From: a virus | Virus record (IMG/VR): IMGVR_UViG_3300017748_000005 | Coordinates: 5,519-69,518 of that record | DNA length: 64,000 nt | Direction: 5' to 3' (one strand) | Shown here: positions 29,493 to 37,776 of the stretch, piece by piece | How positions within the stretch are numbered: the stretch's first letter is position 1 | Layout of the letters: every line of letters starts with the position of its first letter | Translations under genes and position numbers: made by a program | Notes under the pieces: model-generated | Seen by the model: only the letters and a program-made list of their open reading frames with translations | The model's database searches: none | What the model was told of the DNA's origin: nothing

Positions 29493-29719
29493 TGTTAAGG
29501 CTCGTAATCCAACAGAAGCGTGCTCCTAATACACGCTTCCACGTCAAGTTCGAAGGCATGTGGGCAGCTTTCAATACCTTCCCTGAAGTCATTGACTGGC
29601 TGCATTCCCTTGAACTGGACGAACTAGTTCCTTACACTGATCTGAGTGAAGACGATCTGTCTGTACTCATTGATCAGCAGTATCTGGAACTAACTAAACA
29701 CCTAAGAGTTGCAGGCTAA
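29492..29719 (+). CDS. Small early protein
   Basis: 75-aa ORF; stop is the TAA in the next hairpin loop. Confidence 0.6.
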   Translation: MLRLVIQQKRAPNTRFHVKFEGMWAAFNTFPEVIDWLHSLELDELVPYTDLSEDDLSVLIDQQYLELTKHLRVAG

Positions 29720-29726
29720 CGCCTGC
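29711..29726 (+). promoter_or_regulatory. Early TAAC hairpin element
   Basis: gcaggc-TAAC-gcctgc; ATG 38 nt after loop. Confidence 0.75.
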
Positions 29727-29758
29727 TTTTCTCTTATTGTCCTATTGCATTTCAAACT

Positions 29759-29992
29759 ATGCGCTTTCGCTTCCCTGGCACTGACGTTCACGTCCGTCTT
29801 TTCGAGAAAGTCGAAACCTCCGATAAACAGTACGAAATCGTCGAATGCGGCGTTGAGTACAAAAACGGCGGTGTAGACAGCCTTGTTACAGGCGGTAGTT
29901 TCTACTCCGCTAAGCAAGCAATCAAGAAAATCAACGCTGTTTCTGATCAGAAATCAGCTGAAAAAGCTATTGAAGAGCCCGTAGCGGCTTGA
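29759..29992 (+). CDS. Small early protein
   Basis: 77-aa ORF. Confidence 0.6.
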   Translation: MRFRFPGTDVHVRLFEKVETSDKQYEIVECGVEYKNGGVDSLVTGGSFYSAKQAIKKINAVSDQKSAEKAIEEPVAA

Positions 29993-30382
29993 TCAATAGC
30001 GAATCATCAGACCGGGGCTAACGCCCTGGTCTTTTTCTTTTGCTTCAACCAAACCAAGCTCCTCAAGCAGGCTTTGTGTGCCATCAGCTGCTGCTAAACC
30101 AGCACCTACGCCACCTGCTAATGCACCAGCCTGCAAAGCACGAGCAGCCAAGAGAGTTGCTATGTCCTCTGTCACCCCAGGTGATGAGGCTTTGTAGTAA
30201 CTCTCAGGTGCCATCCTATTGGGCCTAAAGACAGTTTGCCCTAAGAGAGTGCGAACGTTCTCTTTCTCAGGCACAACATTATCTTGCAAATACAATATCT
30301 TTTCACGGATTGCTTTCTGTACAGCATTGTCAGCCATAGCCACGGCTTCCATAGCTTTACGCAATCTATCCTTTCCACCCAT
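29993..30382 (-). CDS. Ala/Gly-rich protein inserted antisense in the early region
   Basis: ORF track 29993-30400, likely ATG at 30382; composition like virion-module proteins. Confidence 0.55.
   Translation of the reverse strand: MGGKDRLRKAMEAVAMADNAVQKAIREKILYLQDNVVPEKENVRTLLGQTVFRPNRMAPESYYKASSPGVTEDIATLLAARALQAGALAGGVGAGLAAADGTQSLLEELGLVEAKEKDQGVSPGLMIRY
30009..30032 (+). promoter_or_regulatory. TAAC hairpin element inside antisense CDS
   Basis: agaccggggc-TAAC-gccctggtct then T-rich tract. Confidence 0.65.
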
Positions 30383-30425
30383 AACAACTGAGCAATACAA
30401 TACTTACATAATATCAACAGCCTGT

Positions 30426-30445
30426 CCACTGGTTAACACCAGTGG
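30426..30445 (+). promoter_or_regulatory. Early TAAC hairpin element
   Basis: ccactggt-TAAC-accagtgg; AGT 15 nt after loop. Confidence 0.75.
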
Positions 30446-30459
30446 TTTTTTTAGTACTT

Positions 30460-30630
30460 ATGAAAAACAACATGATCTGGGCTGTCTACGACGTCAACCA
30501 TGCCGAAGTTGTCGGCATATGGAATGATATATGCGATGCAGAAGAGTTTCTTGAAGAAAATGAATCATCTTCCGATGTATGGGCAGTGATGCCCGCAGAT
30601 GAACTTTGCTGTGATCTAGCAACCTTATGA
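30460..30630 (+). CDS. Small acidic early protein
   Basis: ATG at 30460 or 30472 after hairpin. Confidence 0.55.
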   Translation: MKNNMIWAVYDVNHAEVVGIWNDICDAEEFLEENESSSDVWAVMPADELCCDLATL

Positions 30631-30710
30631 GTATGGCCTACAAAAAAGATCCAGTTACTGGACGTCTCGTCCGTATTTTCCCTGAATCTAAACAGCCAGT
30701 CACAGGTTAA
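30627..30710 (+). CDS. 27-aa peptide
   Basis: MSMAYKKDPVTGRLVRIFPESKQPVTG; ATGA overlap, stop in hairpin loop. Confidence 0.4.
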   Translation: MSMAYKKDPVTGRLVRIFPESKQPVTG

Positions 30711-30718
30711 CACCTGTG
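30701..30718 (+). promoter_or_regulatory. Early TAAC hairpin element
   Basis: cacaggt-TAAC-acctgtg. Confidence 0.75.
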
Positions 30719-30750
30719 CTTTTTTCTATGTAAAACATACAGGTAATACC

Positions 30751-30963
30751 TTGAACAATTCATTCGACTTCACCATCACTGAAGATACCTTCGTGCGTGG
30801 TATAGCTCTCATTCATCCAAACCATGAAGACGCTTACATCTTCATGAAAGATGAGTGTCACCTTGGTGTAATGGCTAACGGCTCTGCAGCCGTGGCCATG
30901 GACACTATTGGCGACTTCATCAGTGATGCCGGTCAGTCTTATCTGACCTGCGAATACCTTTGA
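30751..30963 (+). CDS. Small early protein
   Basis: 70-aa ORF, TTG start 39 nt after loop. Confidence 0.55.
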   Translation: MNNSFDFTITEDTFVRGIALIHPNHEDAYIFMKDECHLGVMANGSAAVAMDTIGDFISDAGQSYLTCEYL

Positions 30964-30971
30964 AGTTCAAT

Positions 30972-30989
30972 CACAGGATAACTCCTGTG
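30972..30989 (+). promoter_or_regulatory. Early TAAC hairpin element
   Basis: cacagga-TAAC-tcctgtg; AGT 15 nt, ATG 33 nt after loop. Confidence 0.75.
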
Positions 30990-31015
30990 GTTTCTTTAGT
31001 AAATTTATAACAAAC

Positions 31016-31384
31016 ATGCAATCATTCATTCCTAATTCAGTATCATCTGAAGATCTTAATGCACTATTAATCACTAGTGACATTCATCCTTCGGAAGTAC
31101 GAGATGAAGTAGAGCCTGATGATCTTCATGATCATTTGTGGCAGGTGGCAAATCGTCACCTTACAGCCATGTTTGGAGAATACAATGACCCATTGGTTCA
31201 CAAAGTAGCAGCCTTAATCGTCCTTCGTCGCTTAGTTGACTGGCATGTAACCGTGTCAGAAGAACAACTTGCTAAAGGATCAGAAGGTGCACTTGGTTGG
31301 GCAGCCGATGCATCAAAACTTGAGCTTGCTTGGCAATTGCTCAAGGAAACATCCATAGGGGACGATGACCCCTACTGCGAATAA
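31016..31384 (+). CDS. Acidic helical early protein
   Basis: 122-aa ORF. Confidence 0.6.
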   Translation: MQSFIPNSVSSEDLNALLITSDIHPSEVRDEVEPDDLHDHLWQVANRHLTAMFGEYNDPLVHKVAALIVLRRLVDWHVTVSEEQLAKGSEGALGWAADASKLELAWQLLKETSIGDDDPYCE

Positions 31385-31391
31385 CAACCAT

Positions 31392-31411
31392 GAGCAGGCT
31401 AACGCCTGCTC
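31392..31411 (+). promoter_or_regulatory. Early TAAC hairpin element
   Basis: gagcaggc-TAAC-gcctgctc. Confidence 0.75.
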
Positions 31412-31445
31412 TTTATTTTTATGTTCTACAAATTTTTTGTCTCAC

Positions 31446-31895
31446 ATGACTGAGTACACCAACTACGCTTCTTTCAACACTTTCACTGTTCAAGGTCGTA
31501 TCCTTCACAGTGAAGTCAAAACTGGTCAATACGGCGACTTCCTTTCTGTCAGCGTCATTTCTACTCTCGTGAAAGACGGTGCAGAAGTAACTGTCATCTT
31601 CACTGACAATGCAGGTTTGCTTTCCCTCGCTCAGAAGGGTCACCTCGACAAAGGTCGCATGGTTACCCTCACAGGCCGCCTTGCCGGTGTGTCCGAGGTT
31701 TTCACAAACAAGCAAGGCGAAGTTCAGCAGCGAGTGCGTCCTGAAATCGCCATGACCCAAGTCTCCATCCTTGATGGCGGTCTTGGTGCCAAGCCTCGTG
31801 AAGAAGGCCGTACCACCGTTACACCTAATCAGGTTGTTAACGCTGTTAAGGCTGATGCAGAGGTTGCAGTCGATCAAGCTCCTTCCTGGTGCTGA
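31446..31895 (+). CDS. SSB-like OB-fold protein
   Basis: NTFTVQGRI..HLDKGRMVTLTGRL..FTNKQGEVQ resembles the SSB pattern; ATG at 31446. Confidence 0.65.
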   Translation: MTEYTNYASFNTFTVQGRILHSEVKTGQYGDFLSVSVISTLVKDGAEVTVIFTDNAGLLSLAQKGHLDKGRMVTLTGRLAGVSEVFTNKQGEVQQRVRPEIAMTQVSILDGGLGAKPREEGRTTVTPNQVVNAVKADAEVAVDQAPSWC

Positions 31896-31902
31896 TCTCT
31901 CT

Positions 31903-31924
31903 GGTTCTTCCTAACGGAAGAACC
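31903..31924 (+). promoter_or_regulatory. Early TAAC hairpin element
   Basis: ggttcttcc-TAAC-ggaagaacc (different stem, same loop). Confidence 0.75.
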
Positions 31925-31959
31925 GTTTTTCATTGTTTACCGTTCGTTGATAACTCACT

Positions 31960-32181
31960 ATGCCAAGAAAAACTAAAGCAAAAACCGCGCCTGACTACAC
32001 GATCGAGAAGTCACGCTATGGCTTGTACACATCTATCACCACTGATGGTGAAAGAATGGTTACAGCATTAACCGAAGATGCTTGCCGTCTAGTGACCGAT
32101 GACATTCACATTCCTGTGATGCTCGGTACTTTTGATGGCTACACATCTACTCCAACTTTAAATAAAGCAGTGGAACTCTAG
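31960..32181 (+). CDS. Small early protein
   Basis: 73-aa ORF. Confidence 0.6.
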   Translation: MPRKTKAKTAPDYTIEKSRYGLYTSITTDGERMVTALTEDACRLVTDDIHIPVMLGTFDGYTSTPTLNKAVEL

Positions 32182-32209
32182 TAACAGCTAATCTTTCGGA
32201 CATTCGATT

Positions 32210-32231
32210 GATACTCTCTAACGAGAGTATC
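32210..32231 (+). promoter_or_regulatory. TAAC hairpin between convergent genes
   Basis: gatactctc-TAAC-gagagtatc. Confidence 0.65.
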
Positions 32232-32242
32232 TATTCCTGTTC

Positions 32243-33373
32243 TCAATGGCCACCATTCTTGCGACCATTCGTGTAGATCTTTGCACCCGGTTGAGCAATG
32301 ATAATTTGCTTGTCATCACCCGTGATGTCATCACGTCCAACTGAGTAAGCAGGTTTTGCAGACTCCTTGGCTACTCTGCTTCGAGCAACGATAGGGTCTA
32401 AAACAACTTCAGGCAATTTACCTATACGAGCACCTGCTAGTTCGTTGATAATTTTCCCAGCTTCACGCTCAAGCTGACGTCTGTATTGATGATCTCTAAT
32501 AAGTGCTTCTACTCCTAATTCCTTTAAAAGACTATCGTCAGATCGGCTGTACTCATCCGCATTACGTGTCACAGGTGACCCTGTCTCTAATGTATGAGCC
32601 TCACCCAGCAGCCTGTGAAGACGCGAAGTGCGACTACCCCTTAGCTCTTCACCAATACGACTGCCGTCACTTTGGTTCAATGAGTTAGGACCGATATAAA
32701 TATTCTCCTTTTCAGCAATCTGTTTTGGATTGCCAGACAAAATTGATTCAGCCAAGGGATGTTTGTGCATTGCGTCAAGGGCATTCCCTGTTAGTTGTGC
32801 ACCACCAACTGGTGCTTCCATGCCAGCAACGTCTACAAAAATCTTATCTGCTCGCATAGCTCTTTCAACAGGGCTAAGAATATCCTTTGTAGGAATAGAG
32901 CGGCCGGCTAAAGGGTGCCCCTCTGGATATCTGCGACCGTCTACTCCTAGCCCCCCTACCACTCGAATTGCGCCTGGAGAAACCTCATTTCTAATTGCAT
33001 TAAGCAAGATGGCTTGGTTTGCTGCAGACAGTCTGGGTGCACTTTCCACTTGACTTCCTTCTTTAGCTGCAGCCATCTCAGCTAACTGCATCTCCACCCT
33101 CTCAAGATCAGACATGGTGAGGGGGTCATCTGAAACTAAGTCATAGCCAGGCAGCTGGACAGGACTTCCATCAGGATTAAATCTCTTGTCACTATATCTA
33201 GGCACCATGTGCTTGAACCCCGCCAAACTACTGTCAGGCACTGCCAGTTGATACATCTCACGAATCAATGGATCAGGATGACTCATCCCAACATCTCTTG
33301 CTTCTTGTGATGTAATTAGACGCGCATGCGCATCTTTACGCGCAATATGCGACGGGGTATATCTTACAGACAC
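32243..33373 (-). CDS. Hypothetical protein with possible HNH-like motif
   Basis: 376-aa ORF; DAMHKHP..ENIYIGPNSLNQSDG. Confidence 0.55.
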   Translation of the reverse strand: MSVRYTPSHIARKDAHARLITSQEARDVGMSHPDPLIREMYQLAVPDSSLAGFKHMVPRYSDKRFNPDGSPVQLPGYDLVSDDPLTMSDLERVEMQLAEMAAAKEGSQVESAPRLSAANQAILLNAIRNEVSPGAIRVVGGLGVDGRRYPEGHPLAGRSIPTKDILSPVERAMRADKIFVDVAGMEAPVGGAQLTGNALDAMHKHPLAESILSGNPKQIAEKENIYIGPNSLNQSDGSRIGEELRGSRTSRLHRLLGEAHTLETGSPVTRNADEYSRSDDSLLKELGVEALIRDHQYRRQLEREAGKIINELAGARIGKLPEVVLDPIVARSRVAKESAKPAYSVGRDDITGDDKQIIIAQPGAKIYTNGRKNGGH

Positions 33374-33524
33374 TATGACTACTAAATATTATTATCCTCT
33401 TCATTTTATCTATAAAGTATTATTTACTTACGCAAAAATGAACGACTAAGTTGCTACCAACGTTTAATTCATAAACTATTTACTGTTTCGATACAATTGA
33501 AATAGTTTTGACTGTTGTTGTAAG

Positions 33525-34685
33525 ATGTTTTTTAACCTCAAAAAAAGCGAACTATCTTCTAGTCAAAAAGATCAAGTAAAAGCCAAGTTCGGTAATATTC
33601 AAGGCTGGCAAGATGCAAAAGCCAAAGCAGCTGGCTATAAAAATGAACAAGACAGAAAAGGTAATTCAGGAACTCAACAAGCTGCAAATAACTCCCCTCC
33701 GGCACCAACTCCTGCTCCGACACCTGCTCCCACTCCAGCGCCAAGGCCTACGCCAACGCCTGCTCCAACGCCTTCCTCCAAACCTCAATTTGCTTCAAAT
33801 ACGCCTTTCCAAGGTCCTGTTAATCAATCAAAACTGACTGTCTCTAACAACAGCAAAAGCAATAACAAGTTTGACTCGAAGTGGTCAGATTTGAGTAAAA
33901 AACAGCAGGATAAAATGAAAAATCAATATGGTAATAAGCAAGGTTGGCAAGATGCTAAGGCTGCATCTTTGGGTTTTAAAAATGAGAATGACAAAAAGCA
34001 GAATCAATCAGCTGGATCTAACGGCCAGCAGTCAAATAATACTCCTCTCCTTAATGTTGTAGATAAAGACAATGCTTACTTAGATATGAAATGGTCTGAT
34101 TTGTCTAAGACTCAGCAAACTGATATGAAAATTAAGTATGGAGATAAGCAAGCTTTCCAAGATGCTAAATCTCAACATTTCGGCTTTAAAGACGAACAAG
34201 ATAGAAGAGGCAATTCTGGTTTACAGCATGATGTGGATCACGGCTACGTGGATGCTCCCTCTAATTTTGGTGACAAATGGTCAGAATTGAATAAAGATCA
34301 AAGACAAGATTTGAAAGAACAGTTTGGCAATAAGCAAAACTGGCAAGACAGTAAAGCCCAATACTTTGGGTTTGAAGACGAGCAAGATAAACGTGGTAAT
34401 ACAGGAGCGCAGCATGCTTTGAATAACAGCGGGGGTAGTGGTGCTGGCTCTAATTACGACTATGGTTATGACAATTCATCCTCGTATGATCCCGGAACTG
34501 CTGGCGGTACAGAAGGTGCAGCTAGCACTGGATCAGGTGGAGGTGGAGGTGCCTATTCAGCACTTGGTCTAAGAAGCGGCGGACCTGACAAATATGCCCA
34601 TGCTGCTGCTGTAGCTGACATGTTCAAGTTCAGTAACTTTGGTAAACGTCAGCAATATACAAACTATGATCTCAATCTCAAATGA
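33525..34685 (+). CDS. Repeat protein with four ~40-aa KWSxL repeats and Pro/Thr linker
   Basis: Four KWS(D/E)L..Q...K..(F/Y)GNKQ.WQD.K...GF..E.D units; TACAAT 27 nt upstream. Confidence 0.7.
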   Translation: MFFNLKKSELSSSQKDQVKAKFGNIQGWQDAKAKAAGYKNEQDRKGNSGTQQAANNSPPAPTPAPTPAPTPAPRPTPTPAPTPSSKPQFASNTPFQGPVNQSKLTVSNNSKSNNKFDSKWSDLSKKQQDKMKNQYGNKQGWQDAKAASLGFKNENDKKQNQSAGSNGQQSNNTPLLNVVDKDNAYLDMKWSDLSKTQQTDMKIKYGDKQAFQDAKSQHFGFKDEQDRRGNSGLQHDVDHGYVDAPSNFGDKWSELNKDQRQDLKEQFGNKQNWQDSKAQYFGFEDEQDKRGNTGAQHALNNSGGSGAGSNYDYGYDNSSSYDPGTAGGTEGAASTGSGGGGGAYSALGLRSGGPDKYAHAAAVADMFKFSNFGKRQQYTNYDLNLK

Positions 34686-34823
34686 CCGATATTAATATCT
34701 TAAAAATCTATACCGCATTTATAATTGGATCCATTTTCTATGTTTTGATTACTTTCAACCCTGGTAGCTAGATCACTTTTCCTAAGTCTTACAATGTAAG
34801 TAATAGTTCTAGTACTTAATACA

Positions 34824-35633
34824 ATGGGCAAAAGTAAGGACAGCTGGCAGGAAATGTTTGGTCTAGAAAAGACTAAGAACTCGAAAGAATATGCGAAACT
34901 ACTTGGCGTTGATTATGATTCGTTTCAAGAAGACAATAGAGATGGCAATGGAGCTTTTGACCAGAAAGGTTTAGACGAAGCACTTTCAAAAGCTGCAAAT
35001 AATAGATTTGACTTTAGGGATAGTATGCTGTCCGCTAAAGCTGCTGGTGTTGAAGGAGCCGATGAGCTTCCTAATGCAATCAGCAATATGGATGAATTCC
35101 GACAAACACTGGGTTTTCTCACTAAAACTGGAGCGGATGAGTTAGGCCAAAATAAAACAAGCAGCCGTAATGACTTTGGAAACATTACCAAGCATTTCCG
35201 AGGGCTGGAGCAAGATGCTCTGGATAGCAAATTAAACCAGCCTGCAGAATTACCTTCTAGTAGTGGTGAAGCTACTAAGCAAGAACCTTACGTACCATCC
35301 GAGCGGATGCAAGCGGCTAACGATTTTGTCAAGCAATATGAGCTGCAACTTCGGGATCCTGGGTTTAATACCTTTTCCACAGGGAATGGTGCAGACGTGA
35401 GGTCTGACGTAATTTTTGATACACGTGCTGCTGAGCTTGGTGGTGAACGTTCCGACCAGGTAGGTTCTAATGAACTGGTTGACACCATTAATACCTCACC
35501 TTTGGACACGACCTCAGTTCAGAAAAATCAGGCTATTGATCTTAAAAATAACTATGCATCTAAAATCAAGGATGAACTGAACAAAAACAACGTAGTTACC
35601 TCAAACTTCGGCGTTACCATGGGACTTGCATAG
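34824..35633 (+). CDS. Hypothetical protein
   Basis: 269-aa ORF; TACAAT 28 nt upstream. Confidence 0.6.
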   Translation: MGKSKDSWQEMFGLEKTKNSKEYAKLLGVDYDSFQEDNRDGNGAFDQKGLDEALSKAANNRFDFRDSMLSAKAAGVEGADELPNAISNMDEFRQTLGFLTKTGADELGQNKTSSRNDFGNITKHFRGLEQDALDSKLNQPAELPSSSGEATKQEPYVPSERMQAANDFVKQYELQLRDPGFNTFSTGNGADVRSDVIFDTRAAELGGERSDQVGSNELVDTINTSPLDTTSVQKNQAIDLKNNYASKIKDELNKNNVVTSNFGVTMGLA

Positions 35634-35674
35634 ATGCTTAGGACAAACAAGCACAGATAAACTCTCCAAAAAAA

Positions 35675-35793
35675 CTACAAAGCTACGCTAACTACCGTAG
35701 TTACTATATACCCAATTTAAAAAATACTGTATAGGGAGAGGCTATAAAAAAGAAGATATATAGGGATTGAATGTAGTTTGAGTAGTTTTGTAG
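35675..35793. repeat. CTAC-triplet inverted-repeat element, copy 3
   Basis: ctacaaagctacgctaactac (35675-35695) ... gtagtttgagtagttttgtag (35773-35793); shares tatatacccaatt.aaaaaatact with copy 2. Confidence 0.85.
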
Positions 35794-35953
35794 CAGAATT
35801 GAATACCCCAATCAGACCCTTTATACCTGTCCCTGCAATCAATTACGAGCAAAAAAACGGGGGATGAGTAACGCTACGTTACCCAAATCACACTCATTTA
35901 CTCACTTGACGTGCTCTAGCCAGTTAAACTTAACTAACTAAACTTCCATTCCA

Positions 35954-36196
35954 TTGCCAGACAAGCGTGTTAACTTCAACATGGCAGAAGAATGCCATGC
36001 ATTGTTAAAGAGTTTTTGTGCAATAAAAGGCGTATCAGTGAGTGACTATTGCTACGAGCTAATAGCAGTGGACTTTGCCAATGAATGCCGAGACGACCCT
36101 CAAGTTAGGGCTCTTTTAGTTAAAGGAGAATATCCAATTGGAAGTGCTGCCAACAAGCTTAAAAAAGAGATTATGAGTGAATTCCCTTCTGAGTAA
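35954..36196 (+). CDS. Ribbon-helix-helix-like DNA-binding protein
   Basis: KRVNFNMAEECHALLKSFCAIKGVSVSDYCYELI fits the RHH (ParG/CopG-like) pattern. Confidence 0.6.
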   Translation: MPDKRVNFNMAEECHALLKSFCAIKGVSVSDYCYELIAVDFANECRDDPQVRALLVKGEYPIGSAANKLKKEIMSEFPSE

Positions 36197-36321
36197 ACGG
36201 TATTTATTGTGTACATATTACTCATAAATATGTTTCTCTAGTCATCACTACTAGACATTGATAACGATTTCCAGTATGAAGTCAAGGCAAACAAGTCTTT
36301 TTCGTACCAAGTTTTTTTCAG

Positions 36322-36474
36322 ATGAAACGTGTCACTGTTGTGCTCCCCACTCCTTCTTATAAACAGCTCAAGTTACGTAGCTTCACTGAAGACACAACCA
36401 TGAATGCGCTAATACTTGAAGCTGTACAGAAGTACATGAGCACATACCCAGATCAAAAACTAATGAACTTGTGA
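36322..36474 (+). CDS. Ribbon-helix-helix-like protein (50 aa)
   Basis: MKRVTVVLPTPSYKQLKLRSFTEDTTMNALILEAVQKY, read manually. Confidence 0.6.
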   Translation: MKRVTVVLPTPSYKQLKLRSFTEDTTMNALILEAVQKYMSTYPDQKLMNL

Positions 36475-36505
36475 CAAGGCATAGGACGCCCTTTAAAACA
36501 TCAAT

Positions 36506-36521
36506 GCAGGCTAACGCCTGC
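36506..36521 (+). promoter_or_regulatory. TAAC hairpin element
   Basis: gcaggc-TAAC-gcctgc; GTG start 38 nt after loop. Confidence 0.75.
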
Positions 36522-36553
36522 GTTTCTTTAGGCGTTCTACATATGTCTACAAC

Positions 36554-36877
36554 GTGTCAGACGATTCAAACGTTCGGGAAATTAACCCAAACAAAACACT
36601 GCCAGGATGCATTCTTCCAGAAAAGGCAGCGGCGATCGAGGAACTGTTCGATTGGAGCAGTAACTTCGAGCCAGGAACCAACCCATGGTGCGTATTCCTT
36701 GACCTCACCGGATTTTCGGACGAGGAGTATGGAGAGCCAGTTTACAGCGGTGAATCCTTCAGCCCAGTATTCGGATATATAGAGCTTCGCCTTTTAGGTG
36801 GTGCTCTACAAATATTTGAAACTGAAAGTTTCGACACTGTTTATGAGTGGATTCGCACTTTAGACAAAGCTCAATGA
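36554..36877 (+). CDS. Acidic hypothetical protein
   Basis: 107-aa ORF. Confidence 0.55.
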   Translation: MSDDSNVREINPNKTLPGCILPEKAAAIEELFDWSSNFEPGTNPWCVFLDLTGFSDEEYGEPVYSGESFSPVFGYIELRLLGGALQIFETESFDTVYEWIRTLDKAQ

Positions 36878-37249
36878 TCAAACTTACATAGTATGTAGAG
36901 AGGTGATTTCACCTCTCTAGTAATGATTCTTACTACCATCATGATTATCTTAGTAGTACTTTCTAGAGTACTTCATACATGATTTATCACGCTTGTTTCC
37001 GAACAGAGCACGGTAAAGCCTGTATCACTGTTGAAGCACCAACACGAACAGAAGCACTAGCAAATCTAATGCTTAACAATAGTGATCTTAGATTACACCC
37101 ATCTAAAATTACTAACGTTACGATGTTGCGTTGACTATGTTATACTTAACACTGGCCGTGAGTGGTGTGCGGCCTTGCGATGTCGTCGGTATACTTTTTA
37201 ATAGTAGGCACGCACAGGAATACTTAGTACTTATCTTAAATGTCACGAG

Positions 37250-37273
37250 GGGCTTATATTTGAGCCCTTTTTT
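37250..37273 (+). terminator. Intrinsic terminator
   Basis: gggctt-atattt-gagccc followed by T7. Confidence 0.6.
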
Positions 37274-37274
37274 G

Positions 37275-37303
37275 TTGACATCCGCTTTATGCTGACCTAT
37301 ATT
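37275..37303 (+). promoter_or_regulatory. Sigma70-type promoter
   Basis: TTGACA-17 nt-TATATT. Confidence 0.7.
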
Positions 37304-37319
37304 TAAGAAGTGGAGGATG

Positions 37320-37335
37320 ACTGGTTAACACCAGT
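37320..37335 (+). promoter_or_regulatory. TAAC hairpin element
   Basis: actggt-TAAC-accagt; AGT 15 nt, ATG 35 nt after loop; no T tract. Confidence 0.75.
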
Positions 37336-37364
37336 GCTATCTCCAGTGTTCTTAATAATACTGA

Positions 37365-37553
37365 ATGAACATAACTCAAGAAAAAGTCAATGAACTCAAT
37401 GAATTGCTGGACGACGTTGTAGCTTTATTCTGTGATGAACATATGGTTTCAGGACAGACAGCTTGGACTTGCGTTGAAGTTTTAGCAATATGCAAAACAC
37501 TCGAACTAGCAGGAGTTCTCACCTCTGAACCTAGTGAGGAGAATGCTTTATAA
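37365..37553 (+). CDS. Small hypothetical protein
   Basis: 62-aa ORF. Confidence 0.55.
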   Translation: MNITQEKVNELNELLDDVVALFCDEHMVSGQTAWTCVEVLAICKTLELAGVLTSEPSEENAL

Positions 37554-37713
37554 AGATAAAACTACCTACGTTAGTGAAGGCATTATGCAATTCATGATTG
37601 CTTCTATTAATCAGCATCATGCTGATAAAGAAGCTGTTTATACCAAGGTAAAAGCCTTGTGTAATGAGCAATTAAATCTTATGGGTGGTCAAGACCCTGA
37701 CAGAAACAAATAA
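37543..37713 (+). CDS. Small hypothetical protein (56 aa)
   Basis: MLYKDKTTYVSEGIMQF...DPDRNK, read manually. Confidence 0.45.
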   Translation: MLYKDKTTYVSEGIMQFMIASINQHHADKEAVYTKVKALCNEQLNLMGGQDPDRNK

Positions 37714-37715
37714 CT

Positions 37716-37733
37716 AACCGGCTAACGCCGGTT
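37716..37733 (+). promoter_or_regulatory. TAAC hairpin element
   Basis: aaccggc-TAAC-gccggtt. Confidence 0.75.
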
Positions 37734-37776
37734 CTTTCTTCCATGCTCTTCGGAGCTTTCAAACTACATTTCGACT

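Noticed and set aside
27216-32231. Hairpin array as a CRISPR array
   Set aside because: Repeat sequence is not constant, most intervals are 190-480 bp and protein-coding, and no cas genes are present.
27216-32231. Hairpin array as a classical integron
   Set aside because: No tyrosine recombinase in the window; hairpins are far shorter than attC sites and lack the paired RYYYAAC/GTTRRRY boxes.
36896-36919. Hairpin tagagaggtg-attt-cacctctcta as a member of the TAAC family
   Set aside because: Different loop and no matching downstream geometry.
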